NCBI GenBank assembly: GCA_024403965.1
Contig: JAKSQU010000001.1
Span: 8,957-72,956 of the forward strand
Direction of reading: 5' to 3'
Source: Ruminococcus sp.
GTDB lineage: Bacteria > Bacillota > Clostridia > Oscillospirales > Ruminococcaceae
Length of the DNA stretch: 64,000 nt
Each line of letters starts with the position of its first letter. Position 1 is the first letter of the stretch. Below the pieces are notes generated by a model that saw nothing but the letters and a program-made list of their open reading frames with translations, was not told the origin of the DNA and did not search any database. This document shows, in pieces, positions 59,181 to 64,000 of this stretch. Position numbers and translations under genes: made by a program.

Positions 59181-59831
59181 ATGACTTACAAAGAAAGCTT
59201 TATCAAATTTATGGTTGATTGCGGAGTACTCACTTTTGGTGATTTTACTCTCAAGAGCGGAAGAAAGGCTCCTTATTTTATCAACTGCGGTAATTATAAG
59301 ACAGGTGCTCAGCTTGCTAAATTAGGTGAATACTATGCTGAGTGTATTCACGAGAATAATATACCTGTAGAAACACTCTTCGGACCTGCATATAAGGGAA
59401 TTCCACTCGCAGTATCAGCTGTAGTTGCTCTCAGCAACAAGTTTGGTATTGATGTTTCATACTGCTTTGACCGTAAAGAAGCTAAGGACCACGGCGAAGG
59501 CGGTATGTTTGTAGGAAAGACACTTACAGACGGAGAAAAGGTTGTTATCATTGACGATGTTATGACATCAGGAAAGGCTCTTCGTGAGTCTATGCCAAAG
59601 CTTAAATCTGCTGCTGATGTTAATGTAACTGGTATGGTTATTACAGTTGACCGTATGGAAAAAGGCACAGGAGAGCTTTCAGCTGTACAGGAAGTTAAGC
59701 GTGATTTTGATGTTGATGTATATTCAATTGTAAACATGGAAGATATCATTGAAGCTATCAGAAATGAAATTGTTCCTGGTAAGGAATATCTTGACAAGAT
59801 GATTGAATATCGTAATACTTATGGTGTATAA
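59181..59831 (+). CDS. pyrE: Orotate phosphoribosyltransferase
   Basis: FTLKSGR; LFGPAYKGIP; DRKEAKDHGEGG; IIDDVMTSG. Confidence 0.95.
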   Translation: MTYKESFIKFMVDCGVLTFGDFTLKSGRKAPYFINCGNYKTGAQLAKLGEYYAECIHENNIPVETLFGPAYKGIPLAVSAVVALSNKFGIDVSYCFDRKEAKDHGEGGMFVGKTLTDGEKVVIIDDVMTSGKALRESMPKLKSAADVNVTGMVITVDRMEKGTGELSAVQEVKRDFDVDVYSIVNMEDIIEAIRNEIVPGKEYLDKMIEYRNTYGV

Positions 59832-59848
59832 TTAAGTACAAAAAAAAT

Positions 59849-59880
59849 AAGGCGTTTCCGAAATTTCGGAAACGCCTTTT
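59849..59880. terminator. Bidirectional terminator
   Basis: AAGGCGTTTCCGAAA/TTTCGGAAACGCCTT. Confidence 0.8.
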
Positions 59881-59885
59881 AAATT

Positions 59886-61094
59886 TTACTTGAAAAGTAA
59901 TACCATGAATTGTGATACGAGTACTATTGAGATAAGAGCTACAGGATAAGTTGCTGCATATGCTGATGCAACATTTTCTGTACCTGCTGTACTGATAAGA
60001 GTACCAAGAGCAGGAGTTGATGTCATACCGCCTGTAATTGAACCGAGATTATTAAGAAGACTAAGCTTAAGTACATATTTTGCAAAGAGATAACCTGCAA
60101 GCATTGGAACAACTGTCATGATAATTCCATAAAGGAAATATACAGCTTCAAAATATGTTACAAACTTAGCACCGCCTGATACACCGGCACCAATTAAGAA
60201 GAACATAAGACCAAGTTCTCTGAAAACCTTAAGAGTTGAATCCTTAGGAGTAATAGAGATTTTGCCGATACGTCCGAAATGTCCGAAAATAAGTGAAACA
60301 AGAAGACATCCGCCTGTTGTTGAAAGCGAGAAATTGCCAAACTTGAATGCACCTACTGCAATACCAAGAACTGCGGCAAGTGCGAAAGGCATAATGCCGA
60401 AATCGTCCATTTCGATAAGCTTTTCATTTGAAGATGCCTTTTTCTTTGAATCTCCGCCTGCAAGAAGTTCTCTTTCCTTCTTCATATCAGCCTTTGTAAA
60501 CTTAGGAATAAGCTGAACAAAGAGTACAACACCGATTACACCAAAAATATAAGCAATTGCATATCCTACAGATACAACGCTCTGAAGTTCTTCAGTAACT
60601 ACAGCATCTTTTGCAGCTGAGAAACCAGGAGTACTTGTGAGTGAACCTGAAAGAATACCTGTGAGCATTGCTGTAAATTCATCATTTGGAAGTGATGTAA
60701 AGTTTCTGCCGATTAAAATACATCCTGCACAAGCAAGACCACCGCTTAAAATAATAATAATTGCAAGAAGTACATAAGATTTGAAATTCTTTTTGAAATT
60801 ACCAAAGAAATTCGGACCGGCAATAAAGCCGACTGCTGTAACAAAGAGAATAAGTCCAAGATTATCAATGATTTTGAGTGAATTTGTTACAAAGCTTGCA
60901 TTAATTTCTTCTGAAAGCTTGTCGTAGAAAAGACAGCCGTAAAGAAGAGCAGTAATGAAAACACCTGCTGTGCCAAGTGAAACTCCCTTGATTGTTATTC
61001 TGCCGAGAAGATATCCAAGAGCAGCAATAGTCAATACAGAAACGAGAAGAAATGAAACACCATGAATGGAAAATATCCCATTAAAAAACTCCAT
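59886..61094 (-). CDS. AspT/YidE/YbjL (AAEx) family transporter lacking TrkA-C domains; candidate succinate exporter
   Basis: Duplicated membrane repeats with GSLTSTP..YAIAY and GGMTSTP..YAATY motifs; downstream of the fumarate reductase genes. Confidence 0.8.
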   Translation of the reverse strand: MEFFNGIFSIHGVSFLLVSVLTIAALGYLLGRITIKGVSLGTAGVFITALLYGCLFYDKLSEEINASFVTNSLKIIDNLGLILFVTAVGFIAGPNFFGNFKKNFKSYVLLAIIIILSGGLACAGCILIGRNFTSLPNDEFTAMLTGILSGSLTSTPGFSAAKDAVVTEELQSVVSVGYAIAYIFGVIGVVLFVQLIPKFTKADMKKERELLAGGDSKKKASSNEKLIEMDDFGIMPFALAAVLGIAVGAFKFGNFSLSTTGGCLLVSLIFGHFGRIGKISITPKDSTLKVFRELGLMFFLIGAGVSGGAKFVTYFEAVYFLYGIIMTVVPMLAGYLFAKYVLKLSLLNNLGSITGGMTSTPALGTLISTAGTENVASAYAATYPVALISIVLVSQFMVLLFK

Positions 61095-61199
61095 TATTAA
61101 TCACTATTCTTTCTTATTTAATTTTTCGCTGAATTATTCAGCATTTTACGCTATAAAGTGTGTGCATTTCTGCACACACTTTTTATTTATATGAAATTA

Positions 61200-62801
61200 T
61201 TACTTCTTTCTTGCGTAGTGTGGAAGAAGCATTGGTGAAGCTGTTTCATTCTTTACACCAGCTGATTCAAGTTCAGTATTGAACTTTTCAATATGGTTAA
61301 GAGTAAGCTTATCAGGTGTGTTAACACCCTTAGCCTTTTCAGCTGCACACATACCTGCATTTCTGCCGAATACGATAACGTCAAGTAATGAGTTACCCAT
61401 AAGTCTGTTTCTGCCGTGGATACCACCGGCAACTTCACCAGCTGCATAGAGATTCTCAACATCTGTTGAACAGTCAACATTGATGTTAAGACCACCGTTC
61501 TGGTAGTGAAGTGTAGGATATACAAGGATTGGTTCCTTACGGATATCAATACCATACTTGCCGAACATTCTGAGCATAGCAGGAATTCTTTTTTCGATTG
61601 TACCTTCACCGTGCTTGTATTCAATCATTGGAGTATCAAGCCATACAGCCTTACCAAGATTTGTTTCAATACCCTTGTCACGAGCTGTACATTCACGAAT
61701 GATTGATGCAGCAGTTACGTCTCTTGTCTCAAGCGGATGCATGAATACATCACCATTGATATTAACGAGCTTAGCACCAAGTGAACGAACCTTTTCAGTT
61801 ACGAGTGCACCGAAAATCTGTTCAGGATAGCCTGTTCCTGTTGGATGATACTGAAGAGTATCAGCATAAAGAAGACTTGCACCTACTCTGTAACCGAGTA
61901 CGAGACCGTCAGCAGTAGCACCATAGTGGTTAGATGTCGGGAATCCCTGATAGTGAAGACGACCAGCACCGCCTGTTGCGATAATAACTGTCTTTGCTCT
62001 TGCTACAAGTAATTCCTTAGTTTCCATGTTCATAAGAACAGCACCTGCAGCCTTGCCGTTTTCGTCAAGAATGATTTCAACAGCAGCTGTAAAATCGATT
62101 ACAGGAATACCACGATTAATAACTTCATCACGAAGAGTTCTCATGATTTCAGCACCAGAGTAGTCCTTAGCAGCGTGCATACGCTTACGTGATGTACCAC
62201 CGCCGTGTGTTGTAACCATTGTGCCGTCTTCTTCCTTATCGAATTCAACGCCGAGCTTATTAAGCCACTGAATAGCCTCAGGAGCCTTAGTAACAAGCTT
62301 ATTTACGAGTTCAGGCTTAGCAGCAAAGTGACCGCCGCCAAAAGCATCGATAAAGTGAATTGCAGGTGAATCATTTGGCTTATCAGCAGCCTGAATACCA
62401 CCTTCAGCCATCATTGTATTTGCATCACCGATACGGAGCTTAGTAACAATCATAGCCTTAACGCCAGCTTCATCAGCTTCAATTGCAGCAGATGCACCTG
62501 CACCGCCGCCGCCGATAATAAGAACGTCTGTATCAAAATCAGGAGCAGAAAGGTCAACATCTGATGCAGAAATTCTGCTTGAACCCTGTAAAAGCTCTGC
62601 AAGCTGTGTAGGAACTTTGTCACCCTTATTAACACCTGCTGAGAGAACTGTGAATTCACCATCTTTATAGTCAGGATGGAATTCTGCAAGGAGAGCATCC
62701 TTTTCTTCTGCTGTCATTCTTGTAGGTTCAAGATCAGCGTTTGCTGCTCTCTTTTCAGCAACTACTTTTGCAAGTTCATTGAGTTTATCAATTTTATACA
62801 T
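61200..62801 (-). CDS. Soluble fumarate reductase/succinate dehydrogenase-family flavoprotein (TfrA-like)
   Basis: GGGGAG; AEGG; QYHPTG; TRD; HYQNGG; HGRNRLMGNSL. Confidence 0.85.
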   Translation of the reverse strand: MYKIDKLNELAKVVAEKRAANADLEPTRMTAEEKDALLAEFHPDYKDGEFTVLSAGVNKGDKVPTQLAELLQGSSRISASDVDLSAPDFDTDVLIIGGGGAGASAAIEADEAGVKAMIVTKLRIGDANTMMAEGGIQAADKPNDSPAIHFIDAFGGGHFAAKPELVNKLVTKAPEAIQWLNKLGVEFDKEEDGTMVTTHGGGTSRKRMHAAKDYSGAEIMRTLRDEVINRGIPVIDFTAAVEIILDENGKAAGAVLMNMETKELLVARAKTVIIATGGAGRLHYQGFPTSNHYGATADGLVLGYRVGASLLYADTLQYHPTGTGYPEQIFGALVTEKVRSLGAKLVNINGDVFMHPLETRDVTAASIIRECTARDKGIETNLGKAVWLDTPMIEYKHGEGTIEKRIPAMLRMFGKYGIDIRKEPILVYPTLHYQNGGLNINVDCSTDVENLYAAGEVAGGIHGRNRLMGNSLLDVIVFGRNAGMCAAEKAKGVNTPDKLTLNHIEKFNTELESAGVKNETASPMLLPHYARKK

Positions 62802-62813
62802 TTTTGCTCCTCC

Positions 62814-63497
62814 TTACTTTTCGATATCTCTGTGATTGTACATATCCTTGAGTTCCTGAACGCTGTCAACAGCCTTTGACATGAGTTCAGCCATTTTCTC
62901 ATCATATATACCTTCGTTGATTTCGTTTACACGATCTGCAAGATGCTCACATTCAGGAGCAATATATTTACCATTAAGACGTCTTGCAAGCATAGCAACC
63001 TGTGGATGTGAAATACCGGCAGGGCAACGTGAAGAACAAACGCCGCACATTACGCAGTCAAATGATTCTTCAGCACACTTTTCATATTCGCCTCTCTGAG
63101 CATATGCAATGTACTGCATAACATTGAGTTCCTGTGTACATGCTTTTGTACAAGCGTTGCATCCGATACAGCTGTAAATTTCAGGATAAAGCTGCATCAT
63201 AACCTGCATATCAGGCTTGATTTCATTAATTTCATAAACTCTTTTTTCAAGTGGGAAGAAAGGAAGTGTAGCAACGTACATACCTTCTTCGATTTCTGTC
63301 TGACAAGCGAGACAGCCGTGAAGCTGTGATTCACCCTTGATTCTGTAAATTGTAGCACATGCACCGCAGAAACCATTACGGCATCCGCATCCTCTAACGA
63401 GTTCATATCCTGCATATTCCATAGCAGTCATAATTGTGAGTCCTGACGGCACCTGATACTTTTTGCCGAACAGGTATATATTTAACATATTTTCCAT
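62814..63497 (-). CDS. Fe-S subunit ([2Fe-2S] plus 2x[4Fe-4S]), FrdB/TfrB-like
   Basis: CRNGFCGAC..LAC; CIGCNACTKAC; CVMCGVCSSRCP. Confidence 0.85.
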   Translation of the reverse strand: MENMLNIYLFGKKYQVPSGLTIMTAMEYAGYELVRGCGCRNGFCGACATIYRIKGESQLHGCLACQTEIEEGMYVATLPFFPLEKRVYEINEIKPDMQVMMQLYPEIYSCIGCNACTKACTQELNVMQYIAYAQRGEYEKCAEESFDCVMCGVCSSRCPAGISHPQVAMLARRLNGKYIAPECEHLADRVNEINEGIYDEKMAELMSKAVDSVQELKDMYNHRDIEK

Positions 63498-63515
63498 GTT
63501 ATTAACTCCTTATCA

Positions 63516-64000
63516 TCAATATTCATCAGGAAGTTCGCCAAGCTCATCGTAACGGAAAACAGGACCGTCCTTACATACATACTTGTTGCCGATGTTGCAG
63601 CGTCCGCATTTTCCGACACCACACTTCATGCGAAGTTCCATAGTGGTATATACCTGAGTTTCCTTGAATCCAAGTTCCTTAAGACCTTCAAGAGTAAATT
63701 TAATCATAATCGGAGGACCGCAGACAAGAACAGTTTTGCTTGTAGATGGTGCAAGTTCCTTTACATATGTAGGAACAAAACCTACATGACCATCCCAACC
63801 TTCCTGAGCGTTATCGATAGTAAGATTAACTTCGATACCGTCATCCTTGAGCCACTCGTCAATAATTTCCTGATAATCAACAAGATCATCCTTAGAACGT
63901 GAACCATAAACAATCTGAACATTTCCGTAGTTTGCTCTGTTGTCACGAACATAATTGATTACAGAACGGAGCGGTGCAAGACCGATACCGCCTGCGATAA
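63516..64000 (-). CDS. FAD/NAD(P)-binding [2Fe-2S] oxidoreductase, FlxA/AsrB-like; 5' end lies beyond the window
   Basis: Manual extension: AGGIGLAPLRS...YGSRS...GFV...CGPPIMIKF...MKCGVGKCGRC...VCKDGPVF. Confidence 0.85.
   Translation of the reverse strand, partial: IAGGIGLAPLRSVINYVRDNRANYGNVQIVYGSRSKDDLVDYQEIIDEWLKDDGIEVNLTIDNAQEGWDGHVGFVPTYVKELAPSTSKTVLVCGPPIMIKFTLEGLKELGFKETQVYTTMELRMKCGVGKCGRCNIGNKYVCKDGPVFRYDELGELPDEY

Noticed and set aside
598-63415. Numerous 60-180 aa ORFs antisense to, or out of frame within, recognised genes
   Set aside because: No RBS or recognisable motifs; expected shadows of biased codon usage.

Overview
AT-rich chromosomal segment of a Bacillota anaerobe. Gene content and style suggest Ruminococcus/Oscillospiraceae (inference). 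I saw no mobile elements, prophage genes or CRISPR arrays. About 55 mostly housekeeping CDSs: minD with an mgsA-like gene, aroK, recD2, an mreB-like gene, an ECF sigma/anti-sigma pair, a P1B-2 metal ATPase, a preQ1-riboswitch-controlled queD-queE-folE-queC-queF operon, ktrBA, pduL, rarA, an ACT-domain regulator with hom, rubrerythrin, a small alarmone synthetase, ogg, rnj, gdpP-rplI-dnaB-tilS-ftsH, FHA-rodA-pbp, hpf, a Spo0A-like gene, nrdDG, pyrE, and a flxA-like/fumarate reductase/exporter module. RNA genes are 6S RNA, RNase P RNA, tRNA-Lys(TTT) and tRNA-Arg(ACG). Most notable observations: (1) a ~600-nt promoter-to-terminator unit with no long ORF (3030-3629, minus strand) carrying three repeats complementary to the 16S rRNA 3' end; (2) a 34/40-bp identical element upstream of both the ECF sigma gene and a distant orphan 739-aa solute-binding lipoprotein gene, which suggests an ECF promoter and regulon; (3) an RNase P RNA with an intact specificity domain but a catalytic P4 helix that is only half complementary; (4) a Spo0A paralog lacking the phospho-acceptor Asp, preceded by 0A boxes. 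All family assignments come from motif recognition by eye; no searches were run.
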